A stretch of 58,546 nt of DNA from Clostridia bacterium (GCA_029006755.1 JAQXGO010000060.1:1-58546); one strand, 5' to 3'. Shown: positions 10,481 through 20,129, counted from the stretch's first letter. The notes: generated from the letters alone by a model not told the origin. Program-made: numbers and translations.

Positions 10481-11527
10481 TTGGGAGAGCATATTATTGA
10501 TTTACAGGGAATAACCAAGTCATTTGGGGAGGTTACGGTTTTAGATAATTTTAATCTGTATATTCGCCCCAATGAGTTCATTACATTGCTGGGACCGAGT
10601 GGCTGTGGGAAGACCACTCTGCTTCGTATCATAGGTGGATTTGAAAAGCCGGATGAAGGCAAAGTGTTGTACCGCGGGCAGGATATTGCTGATGTGCCGC
10701 CGAATAAGCGAAACTTTAATACCGTGTTTCAAAAATATTCTCTATTTCCTCATATGAATATTTATGAGAATATTGCCTTTGGCCTTCGTATTAAGAAGAT
10801 GCCGGAGGAAGCAATTCGGGAGAAGGTTTTGAACGCGCTGGAAATAGTAAATTTGCCGGGATTTGAAGCGCGATATCCGGATTCCTTGTCCGGGGGTCAA
10901 CAGCAGAGAATAGCAATTGCAAGGGCTATCGTGTGCGAACCGGAGGTCTTACTTTTCGATGAGCCGCTTGGGGCTTTGGACTTAAAGCTTCGGCAGGGAA
11001 TGCAACACGAGCTTAAAAAGCTGCGGGAAGCGCTGGGGATTACGTTTATCTATGTAACCCATGATCAGGAAGAGGCACTCACAATGAGTGACACGATAGT
11101 AGTCATGCATGGCGGTTTGATTCAGCAGATAGGAACACCGGTCGATATTTACAATGAACCGAAAAACAAGTTTGTTGCAAGGTTTATCGGAGAAAGCAAT
11201 ATCGTGGATGGTGTTATGCATCAGGACTTTGAGGTTTCCTTTGCAGATAGTACATTCACCTGCGTGGACAGTGGTTTTGCAAAGGATGAGGCTGTGGATG
11301 TTGTCATTCGCCCTGAGGATATTAAAATTGTGGAAAAAGCCGAAGGCATGTTGCAAGGCACTGTGAAGAGCGTATATTTTAAAGGGGTTCACTACGAAAT
11401 GATCATCGAAAACGGCGCATATCAGTGGCTAGTGCATAGTACCCAGATGGAGGAGGCCGGAACGGAGGTTGGCATAAACATTTATCCGAATGACATCCAT
11501 ATCATGAAAAAAGAGGAAAATCATTAG
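10481..11527 (+). CDS. potA: Spermidine/putrescine ABC transporter ATPase
   Basis: Walker [10 protein letters not shown], signature LSGGQQQR, Walker B LLFDEP, and a C-terminal TOBE-like domain. The track start at 10439 overlaps potD. TTG 10481 follows a GAGGGA RBS. The exact start is uncertain. Confidence 0.88.
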   Translation: MGEHIIDLQGITKSFGEVTVLDNFNLYIRPNEFITLLGPSGCGKTTLLRIIGGFEKPDEGKVLYRGQDIADVPPNKRNFNTVFQKYSLFPHMNIYENIAFGLRIKKMPEEAIREKVLNALEIVNLPGFEARYPDSLSGGQQQRIAIARAIVCEPEVLLFDEPLGALDLKLRQGMQHELKKLREALGITFIYVTHDQEEALTMSDTIVVMHGGLIQQIGTPVDIYNEPKNKFVARFIGESNIVDGVMHQDFEVSFADSTFTCVDSGFAKDEAVDVVIRPEDIKIVEKAEGMLQGTVKSVYFKGVHYEMIIENGAYQWLVHSTQMEEAGTEVGINIYPNDIHIMKKEENH

Positions 11528-11541
11528 GAAACAGTGCAAGG

Positions 11542-11565
11542 ATGTCTGCAAAATGAACCAGACAT
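11542..11565 (+). terminator. Weak hairpin after potA (no T-tract)
   Basis: ATGTCTG (11542-11548) / CAGACAT (11559-11565), a 7-bp stem with a 10-nt loop. No U-run follows, so termination is doubtful. Confidence 0.3.
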
Positions 11566-11568
11566 AGC

Positions 11569-11597
11569 TTGACAAAAACGAAAGCTTATGATATAAT
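11569..11597 (+). promoter_or_regulatory. Consensus sigma-A promoter upstream of prfA
   Basis: TTGACA (11569-11574), 17-nt spacer, TATAAT (11592-11597) with a TGa extended -10. Confidence 0.75.
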
Positions 11598-11632
11598 TTT
11601 GCATAAACGAGAAATAGGAAATGGGGAACAAG

Positions 11633-12703
11633 ATGTTTGAGAAACTATCCTTTATTGAGAAAAGACATGAAGAGCTGAGCGAAAAGATCAGTGATCCTGC
11701 CGTAATTGCCGACCAGGAAACATGGCGAAAGCTTTGTAAAGAGCATGCGGATATGACACCGATTGTTGATAAATATCGAGAATATAAGGTGCAGAAGGAT
11801 ACGATAGCGGAAGCAAATGAAATGCTTACTTCTGAAACAGATAAAGAGTTTCGTGAGATGCTTCAGGGAGAGATAGAGGATGCAAAGGATAGAATCGTAC
11901 AGATAGAAGACGAACTCAAAATTCTTTTGTTGCCCAAGGACCCTAACGATGAAAAGAATGTTATCGTTGAAATCCGCGGCGGTGCCGGAGGCGATGAGGC
12001 TGCACTTTTTGCTGCTGACTTGTACAGAATGTATACGATGTATGCAGAGGCACGGCGGTGGAAAATTGAGGTCTTAAGCTCCAATATTACAGATATTGGC
12101 GGCATCAAGGAAATCTCGTTTATGATTGAAGGACAGGGTGCGTATAGTCGGCTGAAATTTGAAAGCGGTGTGCATCGTGTGCAACGTGTACCGGCAACAG
12201 AATCCGGCGGAAGGATACACACTTCCACAGTAACCGTAGCAGTTTTGCCGGAGGTCGAGGATGTAGAAGTTGAAATCAATCCGAATGATTTGAAGATTGA
12301 TGTCTTTCGAGCCGGCGGCCCCGGAGGACAGTGTGTGAATACCACGGACTCTGCAGTTCGAATCACGCATATTCCCACGGGTATCGTGGTGTCCTGTCAG
12401 GACGAAAAGAGCCAACACAAAAATAAGGACAAGGGCATGAAGATTCTGCGCTCCCGTATTTACGATTTAATGCAGCAACAGCAGCATGACTCGATTGCAC
12501 AGGAGAGAAAAAGTCAGGTGGGGACAGGTGACCGAAGCGAGAGAATCCGTACCTATAATTTCCCGCAGGGCAGGGTGAGCGACCATAGAATTGGTCTTAC
12601 CATATATAAAATCGATGCCTTCTTAAACGGTGATATGGATGAGGTGATTGATGCACTGATTACCCATGAACAAAGTGAGAAACTTAAGGGCGCGGAGATG
12701 TAG
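11633..12703 (+). CDS. prfA: Peptide chain release factor 1
   Basis: GGQ loop ([22 protein letters not shown]) and an RF1-type PxT tripeptide (PAT). ATG 11633 ([15 protein letters not shown]) has better RBS spacing than the track start at 11621. Confidence 0.93.
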   Translation: MFEKLSFIEKRHEELSEKISDPAVIADQETWRKLCKEHADMTPIVDKYREYKVQKDTIAEANEMLTSETDKEFREMLQGEIEDAKDRIVQIEDELKILLLPKDPNDEKNVIVEIRGGAGGDEAALFAADLYRMYTMYAEARRWKIEVLSSNITDIGGIKEISFMIEGQGAYSRLKFESGVHRVQRVPATESGGRIHTSTVTVAVLPEVEDVEVEINPNDLKIDVFRAGGPGGQCVNTTDSAVRITHIPTGIVVSCQDEKSQHKNKDKGMKILRSRIYDLMQQQQHDSIAQERKSQVGTGDRSERIRTYNFPQGRVSDHRIGLTIYKIDAFLNGDMDEVIDALITHEQSEKLKGAEM

Positions 12704-12754
12704 TAGAAATGGCGCGAAGCCAATGTAGTATGGTAGAATGGAAGGATGAGTAAA

Positions 12755-14263
12755 ATGCAAGGAAACACACATGTACAAATTGTAACGGGTATTGCACTAT
12801 GCTTATATGCAGTATTGATGATTGTGATAGGCATAAGCAGCACCAAACGGGCAAAATCAGTAGAAGGATTTCTGCTGGGTAGCAGAAAAGTAGGGCCGTG
12901 GCTTACGGCATTTTCTTATGGAACAGGTTATTTTTCGGCAGTCATTTTTATTGGGTATGCCGGACAGCACGGGTGGAATCTTGGGTTTTCCTCGATGTGG
13001 ATTGGTATCGGTAATGCCTTTGTTGGCTGCCTTTTGTCATGGCTTCTTTTGGCAAAGCGTACAAGAGAAACCACACAGCGTATCGGGGCAAAAACGATGC
13101 CCGAATTCTTCGAAAAGAAGTTTGGTTCAACTGCCATGAAGGTATACGCTGCATTGGTTATCTTTATCTTTTTAGTGCCGTATTCCGCAGCGGTGTATAA
13201 GGGACTGGGGTCTATGTTTAATGTTATTTTCCCCGGTGTTGCGGTTTGGGTCATTATGCTGATTATTGCGGTTTTATCCTGCATCTATTTGGTCCTTGGC
13301 GGCTACGTTGCCTCATCAAGAACCGATTTTGTGCAAGGCGTCATCATGATCGGTGGTGTTGTTGCGATGGTGGCAGTTCTTCTCAGTCATGATAAAGTAG
13401 GCGGCATAACCGGTGCTGTAGAAAAGCTTCGTGTTTATGGCGAAGCGGATGGAGTCAATTTGTTATCCGTGTTCGGAGGAAGCAATAGCAAGGCACTGGC
13501 TACAAATATTTTACTTACCAGTATCGGTACTTTGGGATTGCCACAGATGGTCAGCAAGTACTATGCAATTCGCGATGCAAAATCTATTAAAACCGCCACT
13601 TGGGTTGCCACAGGTTTTTGCTTATTCATTGGAATTGGTGCGTACTTGACTGGCTCGCTCGGCCGTATCTTTTTAGATAATCAGATGCCGGCAGGCGGCT
13701 TTGACAGCGTGGTGCCAAGCACACTGCTGACAGCATTAGGCGATAGCAACGTGTTTACAACCGTTATTCTGGCCGTTATGCTTTTGTTGCTTTTGTCTGC
13801 TTCCATGTCAACGCTTTCAGCCATCGTTCTCAGCAGTGCATCAGCAATTTCGGTTGACCTTTTGCCGGTATTCAGACCTTCCCACAGTAAAAAAGGACAA
13901 ATGGTATTAACAAGGCTTCTTTGCCTTCTGTTTATTGCCCTTTCGTTCCTCTTTGCGGTCGGCAACATCTCATTTATTGTAAATATTATGTCCTTTTCAT
14001 GGGGCGTTGTAGCCGGTTCGTTTATTGGCCCGTTCATTTGGGGCGTTTGCAGTAAAATTGTCACAAAGGCCGGTGCATGGTGCGGACTTTTAAGCGGCGT
14101 GGCTGTTGTAGGTTCATTAACAATTTATAAAACACTCACAGTCGGGTTTTCGGCGGCAATTGGCAATGCAGCAACCTATGGTATTACGGCCATGGCAGTG
14201 TCGCTTCTTCTTACACCCCTTGTGAGTATTTGCACAAAAGGCAAGGAGTTGAAATCAATATGA
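12755..14263 (+). CDS. Sodium:solute symporter (SSS) family transporter, substrate unknown
   Basis: About 500 aa with about 13 hydrophobic segments and an SSS-type N-terminus (FLLGSRKVGPWLTAFSYGTGYFSAVIFIGYAG). The start is either 12746 or 12755; 12755 has better GGAAGGA spacing. Confidence 0.82.
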   Translation: MQGNTHVQIVTGIALCLYAVLMIVIGISSTKRAKSVEGFLLGSRKVGPWLTAFSYGTGYFSAVIFIGYAGQHGWNLGFSSMWIGIGNAFVGCLLSWLLLAKRTRETTQRIGAKTMPEFFEKKFGSTAMKVYAALVIFIFLVPYSAAVYKGLGSMFNVIFPGVAVWVIMLIIAVLSCIYLVLGGYVASSRTDFVQGVIMIGGVVAMVAVLLSHDKVGGITGAVEKLRVYGEADGVNLLSVFGGSNSKALATNILLTSIGTLGLPQMVSKYYAIRDAKSIKTATWVATGFCLFIGIGAYLTGSLGRIFLDNQMPAGGFDSVVPSTLLTALGDSNVFTTVILAVMLLLLLSASMSTLSAIVLSSASAISVDLLPVFRPSHSKKGQMVLTRLLCLLFIALSFLFAVGNISFIVNIMSFSWGVVAGSFIGPFIWGVCSKIVTKAGAWCGLLSGVAVVGSLTIYKTLTVGFSAAIGNAATYGITAMAVSLLLTPLVSICTKGKELKSI

Positions 14264-15990
14264 AGGAATTACTATTAGGCAATGCGGCAGTCGCGCGCGG
14301 TGCCTATGAGGCAGGCGCAAAGGTGTTTTCTTCTTATCCGGGCACACCGAGTACGGAAATCACTGAATTTGCAGCAAAGTATGATGAGATTTATGCAGAA
14401 TGGGCACCGAATGAAAAGGTTGCGCTCGAAGTTGCCATTGGTGCTTCTGTTGCCGGCGTACGTAGCTGTGCCTGCATGAAGCATGTGGGTTTAAATGTGG
14501 CCGCAGACCCCCTCTTTACAGTGGGATATACCGGTGTACGGGGAGGCCTTGTGGTTTGTGTGGCGGATGACCCGGGCATGCATAGCTCACAAAATGAGCA
14601 GGATAGCCGCCATTACGCAAAGGCCGCTAAGGTACTGATGCTTGAGCCTTCCGACAGCGGCGAGTGTAAAGCATTTATGAAAGAGGCTTTTGTACTGAGC
14701 GAAGAATATGACACGCCGGTTATTTTGCGCTTGTCCACAAGGGTGGCACATTCCCAAAGCCTTGTGGAGATGGAGCCCAGAGTAGAAGTTGCGGATAAGC
14801 CGTATGAAAAAGACGCCATGAAATATGTTATGATGCCGGCAATGGCACGGAAAAGACATATAGCGGTAGAAGAAAGAATAGATAAGCTCAAGGCTTTGGC
14901 TGAAAACTGTGCACTCAACACAGTGGAAATAAATGATACCAAAATAGGGATTATTGCTGCCGGCACAGGGTATGTGTATGCAAAAGAAGCATTGCCTTCG
15001 GCAAGCTTCTTAAAGCTTGGTATTGTAAATCCTTTGCCGGAAAAATTAATTCGTTCTTTTGCTGAAAAGGTAGATAAGCTGTACGTAATCGAAGAACTTG
15101 ATCCGGTGATTGAAAACCATGTTAAGGCAATGGGAATTTCGGTGGAAGGCAAATCATGCATGCCGCTTATCGGTGAAATCACAGCCGCCTTAGTAAAAGA
15201 AAAGCTTACCGGAGCTGCGAAATCCGAAATAAAGAATATTGCAGAACCCATTCCGGTGCGTCCACCGGTGCTTTGTCCCGGTTGTCCGCACAGAGGCATG
15301 CATTACGTACTGAAAAAGCTGGGGCTTCGGGTTACAGGGGACATTGGCTGTTATACATTAGGTGCAATGGAGCCGCTGGCTTCTATTGATACTTGCGTTT
15401 GCATGGGTGCCGGTATTGGTATGGCACACGGAATGGAACTGGCCAAAGGACGGGAACCGAAGACAGTTGCTATCATAGGTGATAGCACCTTTATACATTC
15501 CGGGATTACAGGACTGATCAATACAGTATATAATAAAGGCACTTCAACCACCATTATTTTAGATAATTCCATTACAGGCATGACAGGGCACCAGGATAAT
15601 CCGACTACGGGGAAAACACTGAAGGGCGAAGCAACAAAGCAAGTGGATTTAGAAGCTTTGTGTCACGCAGTTGGAGTGGACCGTGTTTCGATCTGTGACC
15701 CGTTTGATGTGGATGCTTTCGAAAAGGTTGTCCGCGAGGAAACAGCCGCAGAAGAACCTTCCGTCATTATCGCACAGCGGCCTTGTGCGCTATTAAAGAG
15801 CGTAAAGTATGAAGGAAAAGCCTGTGTTGACAAAGAGGCTTGTAAAAACTGCAAAGCTTGCATGCGTATTGGTTGTCCGGCGATTAGCTTTCGAGATGGC
15901 GTTGTGATAGATAAGTCGCTGTGTAACGGTTGCGGTCTTTGTATCAATGTTTGCAAGTTTCATGCACTTTCAAAGGAGGCGGCTCAATGA
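14260..15990 (+). CDS. iorA: Indolepyruvate:ferredoxin oxidoreductase, alpha subunit
   Basis: TPP motif GDSTFIHSGITGL and a C-terminal 2x[4Fe-4S] region (CKNCKACMRIGCP ... CNGCGLCINVC). ATG 14260 overlaps the symporter stop (ATGA). Confidence 0.9.
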   Translation: MKELLLGNAAVARGAYEAGAKVFSSYPGTPSTEITEFAAKYDEIYAEWAPNEKVALEVAIGASVAGVRSCACMKHVGLNVAADPLFTVGYTGVRGGLVVCVADDPGMHSSQNEQDSRHYAKAAKVLMLEPSDSGECKAFMKEAFVLSEEYDTPVILRLSTRVAHSQSLVEMEPRVEVADKPYEKDAMKYVMMPAMARKRHIAVEERIDKLKALAENCALNTVEINDTKIGIIAAGTGYVYAKEALPSASFLKLGIVNPLPEKLIRSFAEKVDKLYVIEELDPVIENHVKAMGISVEGKSCMPLIGEITAALVKEKLTGAAKSEIKNIAEPIPVRPPVLCPGCPHRGMHYVLKKLGLRVTGDIGCYTLGAMEPLASIDTCVCMGAGIGMAHGMELAKGREPKTVAIIGDSTFIHSGITGLINTVYNKGTSTTIILDNSITGMTGHQDNPTTGKTLKGEATKQVDLEALCHAVGVDRVSICDPFDVDAFEKVVREETAAEEPSVIIAQRPCALLKSVKYEGKACVDKEACKNCKACMRIGCPAISFRDGVVIDKSLCNGCGLCINVCKFHALSKEAAQ

Positions 15991-16559
15991 ATATATTAAT
16001 TGCCGGTGTCGGCGGACAGGGAACGCTTTTGGCGAGCCGTATTCTTGGACATGTAGCAGTCAAACAAGGGTATGATGTGAAAGTGTCTGAGGTGCATGGA
16101 ATGGCACAGCGCGGCGGCAGCGTTGTAACTTACGTAAAGTTTGGGGAAAAGGTTTATTCTCCAATTATCGAGGATGGGGAAGCTGATATTATTCTTGCCT
16201 TTGAAGAACTGGAAGCTTGTCGGTATTTACCTGCACTTAAAAAGGGCGGTAAGCTTTTGTGCAGTCGACAGTGTATTGACCCTATGCCGGTTATTACGGG
16301 CGCAATGCAGTATCCGGGAGCAATTCCGGAAAAGTTGAAAGCTGCAGGCGTAGACATCATTATGGTCGAGGCATATCGCCTTGCCAAAGAAGCAGGCAGT
16401 GAAAAAGTTGTCAATGTAGTTTTGATTGGTGCATTGGCGGCACTTATGCACCTGGATAAGGAGATATGGCTGACGTCGATACGGGAAACCGTTCCGCCGA
16501 AATTTTTGGAGATCAATTGCAAAGCCTTTACGCTGGGCTATGAGAGCGTAGCAAAATAA
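15987..16559 (+). CDS. iorB: Indolepyruvate:ferredoxin oxidoreductase, beta subunit
   Basis: MNILIAGVGGQGTLLASRILG is the typical gamma-domain/IorB N-terminus. ATGA overlap with iorA, preceded by AAGGAGG. Confidence 0.9.
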   Translation: MNILIAGVGGQGTLLASRILGHVAVKQGYDVKVSEVHGMAQRGGSVVTYVKFGEKVYSPIIEDGEADIILAFEELEACRYLPALKKGGKLLCSRQCIDPMPVITGAMQYPGAIPEKLKAAGVDIIMVEAYRLAKEAGSEKVVNVVLIGALAALMHLDKEIWLTSIRETVPPKFLEINCKAFTLGYESVAK

Positions 16560-16579
16560 GGATTGCTTGGAGAGAAACT

Positions 16580-17830
16580 ATGCAGGATTCATTGGAGTTG
16601 TGGGGAATTTCACCGCAGATAGAAGCAATGGCAAATGCGGTGGAGGAAGAAATTAAACCAGTGTTTGCCGAGATTGACAAGGTGGAGAAACACTGCCAAA
16701 AAAAGGTTTTGTCCGCCTTTTGTAAAAACAAGGTGTCCGCTGCGCATTTTGCAGCCACCTCTGGCTATGGGTACGATGATTTAGGGCGCGATACGCTGGA
16801 TTGTATTTTCGCAGATAGCTTTGGATGTGAGGCGGCATTGGTGCGGCCACAGTTTGTGTCAGGCACACATACGCTTGCAGTTATGCTGTTTGCTGTTCTA
16901 AGGCCGGGCGATACACTGCTTTCGGTTACAGGTGCACCTTACGATACGCTTTTTAATGTGATTGCCGGGGAAGGCGGCTCCTTGCGTGAGTTTGGTGTTG
17001 GCTATGAGGAAGTTGCACTGGCAGATGGAAAACCCGATTGGGCGGCAATAGAAAAGGCACTGCAGAATAAAGATGTTAAGGCGGTTTTCATGACACGTTC
17101 TAAAGGATATGCCTGGAGAGACAGCCTTTTAACAGAGGATATGGCAGCACTAAGTGAGAAAATTCGCAAGATACGGCAAGATGTTTTGATTCTTGTGGAT
17201 AATTGCTATGGTGAGTTTGTAGAAAAAGAAGAGCCGCACTTTGCAGACTTGTTTGCCGGTTCGCTGATTAAAAATGCAGGCGGAGGCCTTGCTCCTTGCG
17301 GAGGCTATATTGCCGGCAAGAAAGAACTTGTAAAGCTTGCGGCCGATCGTTTGACAGCGCCTGGTATTGGCCTTGAATGTGGTGCAAACCTTGGCGTTAT
17401 GAAGGATTTGTACCTTGGTTTTTTTATGGCACCGCATGTGGTTGCGCAAGCGGTTCGCTGTGCCGTTTTTGCGGGGGCACTCATGCAGAAATTAGGCTTC
17501 GAGGTATGCCCGCGGCCTGCAGATAGGCGGTCGGATATTATTCAGGCTATCAAGCTTGGCAGCGGAGAACGTGTCATCGCTTTTTGCGGTGGTTTGCAGG
17601 CGGCTTCGCCGGTGGATTCCTTCGTTGCGCCTGTGCCTTGGGATATGCCGGGCTATCATGATCAGATCATTATGGCAGCCGGCGCGTTTACGCAGGGGTC
17701 CTCTATTGAAATGAGTGCTGATGGGCCGATTCGTCCGCCGTATATAGCCTATTTGCAAGGCGGACTTACCTATGAGAGCGGAAAGCTTGCAATTTTAGCT
17801 GCAGCGTCCAAAGTGATGCAGATTCAGTAA
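16580..17830 (+). CDS. PLP-dependent enzyme of the YnbB / aluminium-resistance (Met gamma-lyase-like) family
   Basis: 416 aa. The N-terminal half (HFAATSGYGYDDLGRDTLD...VRPQFVSGTHTLA) and the FMTRSKGY lysine region match the family as I recall it. Starts 20 nt after iorB. Confidence 0.75.
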   Translation: MQDSLELWGISPQIEAMANAVEEEIKPVFAEIDKVEKHCQKKVLSAFCKNKVSAAHFAATSGYGYDDLGRDTLDCIFADSFGCEAALVRPQFVSGTHTLAVMLFAVLRPGDTLLSVTGAPYDTLFNVIAGEGGSLREFGVGYEEVALADGKPDWAAIEKALQNKDVKAVFMTRSKGYAWRDSLLTEDMAALSEKIRKIRQDVLILVDNCYGEFVEKEEPHFADLFAGSLIKNAGGGLAPCGGYIAGKKELVKLAADRLTAPGIGLECGANLGVMKDLYLGFFMAPHVVAQAVRCAVFAGALMQKLGFEVCPRPADRRSDIIQAIKLGSGERVIAFCGGLQAASPVDSFVAPVPWDMPGYHDQIIMAAGAFTQGSSIEMSADGPIRPPYIAYLQGGLTYESGKLAILAAASKVMQIQ

Positions 17831-17872
17831 CTAAATTATTGTGGCTTCATACCTTGGTATAGGGGTGTAACT

Positions 17873-18106
17873 GTGAAACTAAGTGATTTGCACAGTGGAC
17901 AAGAAGGAATTATTCTTTCAATATTGACGAGTGAGGAAACAAAAAAAAGATTACAATCATTCGGCATTGTTGAGAGAACAAGAATAGAGTGTTTACAAAA
18001 AAGTCCGTTTGGTGATCCGACTGCGTATTTTGTGCGTGGCAGTGTGGTTGCTTTGCGGAAAAGATATGCAAGCAAGATAGAAATTGCGTTGTTACGCGCG
18101 AGGTAA
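17873..18106 (+). CDS. FeoA-domain small protein
   Basis: 77 aa, GTG start. LSDLHSGQEGIILSI...RLQSFGIVERTRIECLQKSPFGDP...VRGSVVALRKRYASKIEI fits the FeoA SH3-like fold pattern. No feoB nearby. Confidence 0.7.
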   Translation: MKLSDLHSGQEGIILSILTSEETKKRLQSFGIVERTRIECLQKSPFGDPTAYFVRGSVVALRKRYASKIEIALLRAR

Positions 18107-18110
18107 AAGA

Positions 18111-18791
18111 ATGGATGTATCAAGAACTGCATTGCTTATCGGAGAAGAAAGTGTTGCCAGACTACAAAAGGCATCGGTTTGCATTTTCGGTGTCGGCGGT
18201 GTCGGTTCCTACGCGGCAGAGGCAGTAGCAAGATGTGGAGTCGGTCATATTACGATTGTGGATTATGATACGGTTTCTCCTTCAAATCTGAACCGGCAGA
18301 TACCTGCGTTGATAGACACGATAGGACGGCAAAAGGTGGAAGTGATGGCGGAGCGTATGCGTGCTATCAATAACATGGCAGAAATCGTTAGCGTGCCAAG
18401 CTTTTGCACGCCGGAAAATGTTCATACGTTAATTCCAATATCTTGTGATTATTTGATTGATGCGGTGGATACCGTGTCTGCAAAACTTGCCATCGCGGAA
18501 ACAGCTGCCAAACGTGGAATTCCGCTCATAAGCTGCATGGGAGCAGGAAATAAGATAGACCCAAGCAAGTTTCAGATCACAGATATTTATAAAACCACAA
18601 CATGTCCGCTTTGTCGTGTGATGCGGCATGAACTTAGAAAAAGGGGCATAGAAAAGCTGGATGTGGTATACTCTACAGAACAGCCAAGACCGGTAGAACC
18701 CGGAAAAATCGGCAGCATTATGTATGTGACGGCAACAGCAGGGCTTCTTGCAGCAAGTTATGTAATTTCTAAACTTGCAGACATCAAATAA
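18111..18791 (+). CDS. tcdA: tRNA threonylcarbamoyladenosine dehydratase (ThiF/E1-like, TcdA/CsdL family)
   Basis: Rossmann motif FGVGGVGSYAAEAVARCG followed by DYDTVSPSNLNRQ. The track start at 18084 overlaps the FeoA gene. ATG 18111 follows GAGG. Confidence 0.8.
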   Translation: MDVSRTALLIGEESVARLQKASVCIFGVGGVGSYAAEAVARCGVGHITIVDYDTVSPSNLNRQIPALIDTIGRQKVEVMAERMRAINNMAEIVSVPSFCTPENVHTLIPISCDYLIDAVDTVSAKLAIAETAAKRGIPLISCMGAGNKIDPSKFQITDIYKTTTCPLCRVMRHELRKRGIEKLDVVYSTEQPRPVEPGKIGSIMYVTATAGLLAASYVISKLADIK

Positions 18792-18815
18792 AAAAGAACA
18801 TACTAAAAAATGTAT

Positions 18816-18860
18816 CGAACTTATTGTATAAAATAGTACAGTAAGTTCGTTTTTGTTTTG
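18816..18860 (+). terminator. Rho-independent terminator after tcdA
   Basis: 13-bp stem CGAACTTATTGTA (18816-18828) / TACAGTAAGTTCG (18837-18849) with one G-U pair, followed by TTTTTGTTTTG. Confidence 0.85.
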
Positions 18861-18895
18861 CGAAAAAGTTTTTTAATTACGGAAGTGGAAAGGGA

Positions 18896-18924
18896 TTGAC
18901 AAATATCGGAAAATCGAATATAAT
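18896..18924 (+). promoter_or_regulatory. Consensus sigma-A promoter of metK
   Basis: TTGACA (18896-18901), 17-nt spacer, TATAAT (18919-18924). Confidence 0.8.
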
Positions 18925-18959
18925 AAAGAAAAAGAAATAGTTACGTTGGGAGAAATAAC

Positions 18960-20129
18960 ATGAAACACTTTTTTACTTCTGAATCAGTTACGGAGGGGCA
19001 TCCGGATAAGTTGTGTGATAAAATTTCAGACGGCATTTTGGATGCAATTATCGAGAAGGATCCGACTGCTCGTGTTGCTTGTGAGGTGGCGGCAACCACG
19101 GGGCTTGTCATGGTGATGGGAGAAATTACGACAAATTGTTATGTAGATATAGCCAATATTACAAGGGAAACCATTCGAGAAATCGGCTACGATAAAGCAA
19201 GCTACGGATTTGATGCAGAAACCTGTGCAGTATTAAATTGCATACGTGAGCAATCTCCGGATATTGCATTGGGCGTAGATTGTTCCTTTGAGGCGAAACA
19301 GGTAGGCGGTCAGGAACATGGCGCAGGTGATCAGGGACTGATGTTTGGATATGCTTGCAATGAAACGGAAGAGCTCATGCCTTTACCGATTGCGTTGGCA
19401 CATGCACTTACGCATAAGTTAACAGAGGTACGAAAGAGTGGACTTTTGCCTTATTTACGGCCGGATGGAAAAAGCCAGGTAACCGTGGAATATGACGACA
19501 ATCAGATTGTTCGTGTAGAAGCCGTGGTTATTTCTGCACAACATGATCCGGAAGTTGCAATTGAGAAAATAAGGAAAGATATTTATGAATTGGTAATTAA
19601 GCCGGTTATTCCTGCAGAATATTTGGATAACGATACAAAAGTATTTATTAACCCTACCGGCAGGTTCGTTGTAGGCGGTCCGCATGGAGATACGGGCTTG
19701 ACCGGCAGAAAAATTATTGTTGATACATATGGTGGATATGCCCGTCATGGCGGCGGCGCATTGTCCGGTAAGGATCCGACGAAGGTAGACAGAACTGCCG
19801 CCTATATGCTGCGATATATTGCAAAAAATATTGTTGCGGCGGGTTTGGCTGATCGCTGCGAGCTGCAGGCGGCTTACGCAATCGGCGTTGCAAGACCTGT
19901 ATCTCTCTTGATTGATACTTTTGGAACAGGTAAGGTGCCGGAGGACAAGCTTACTGCAGTTGTCAGTCGTTTGTTTGACCTACGTCCGGACGGGATGATT
20001 AAAACATTATCCCTCCTGCGCCCAATTTATAAAGAAACCGCTGCCTATGGGCACTTTGGAAACAATCATTTCCCGTGGGAAAAGACGGATATGGCAGAGG
20101 AGCTTAAGAAGGCGGTCTGCGAGGCATAA
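18960..20129 (+). CDS. metK: S-adenosylmethionine synthase
   Basis: 389 aa with [31 protein letters not shown] and [15 protein letters not shown]. Confidence 0.97.
   Translation: MKHFFTSESVTEGHPDKLCDKISDGILDAIIEKDPTARVACEVAATTGLVMVMGEITTNCYVDIANITRETIREIGYDKASYGFDAETCAVLNCIREQSPDIALGVDCSFEAKQVGGQEHGAGDQGLMFGYACNETEELMPLPIALAHALTHKLTEVRKSGLLPYLRPDGKSQVTVEYDDNQIVRVEAVVISAQHDPEVAIEKIRKDIYELVIKPVIPAEYLDNDTKVFINPTGRFVVGGPHGDTGLTGRKIIVDTYGGYARHGGGALSGKDPTKVDRTAAYMLRYIAKNIVAAGLADRCELQAAYAIGVARPVSLLIDTFGTGKVPEDKLTAVVSRLFDLRPDGMIKTLSLLRPIYKETAAYGHFGNNHFPWEKTDMAEELKKAVCEA

Noticed and set aside
12721-12745. Possible internal promoter (TGgTAGAAT extended -10) just upstream of the symporter gene.
   Set aside because: There is no -35 element, and the -10 would sit only a few bases from the RBS, leaving essentially no leader. 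The evidence is too weak to annotate. It is mentioned only as an alternative to prfA read-through.
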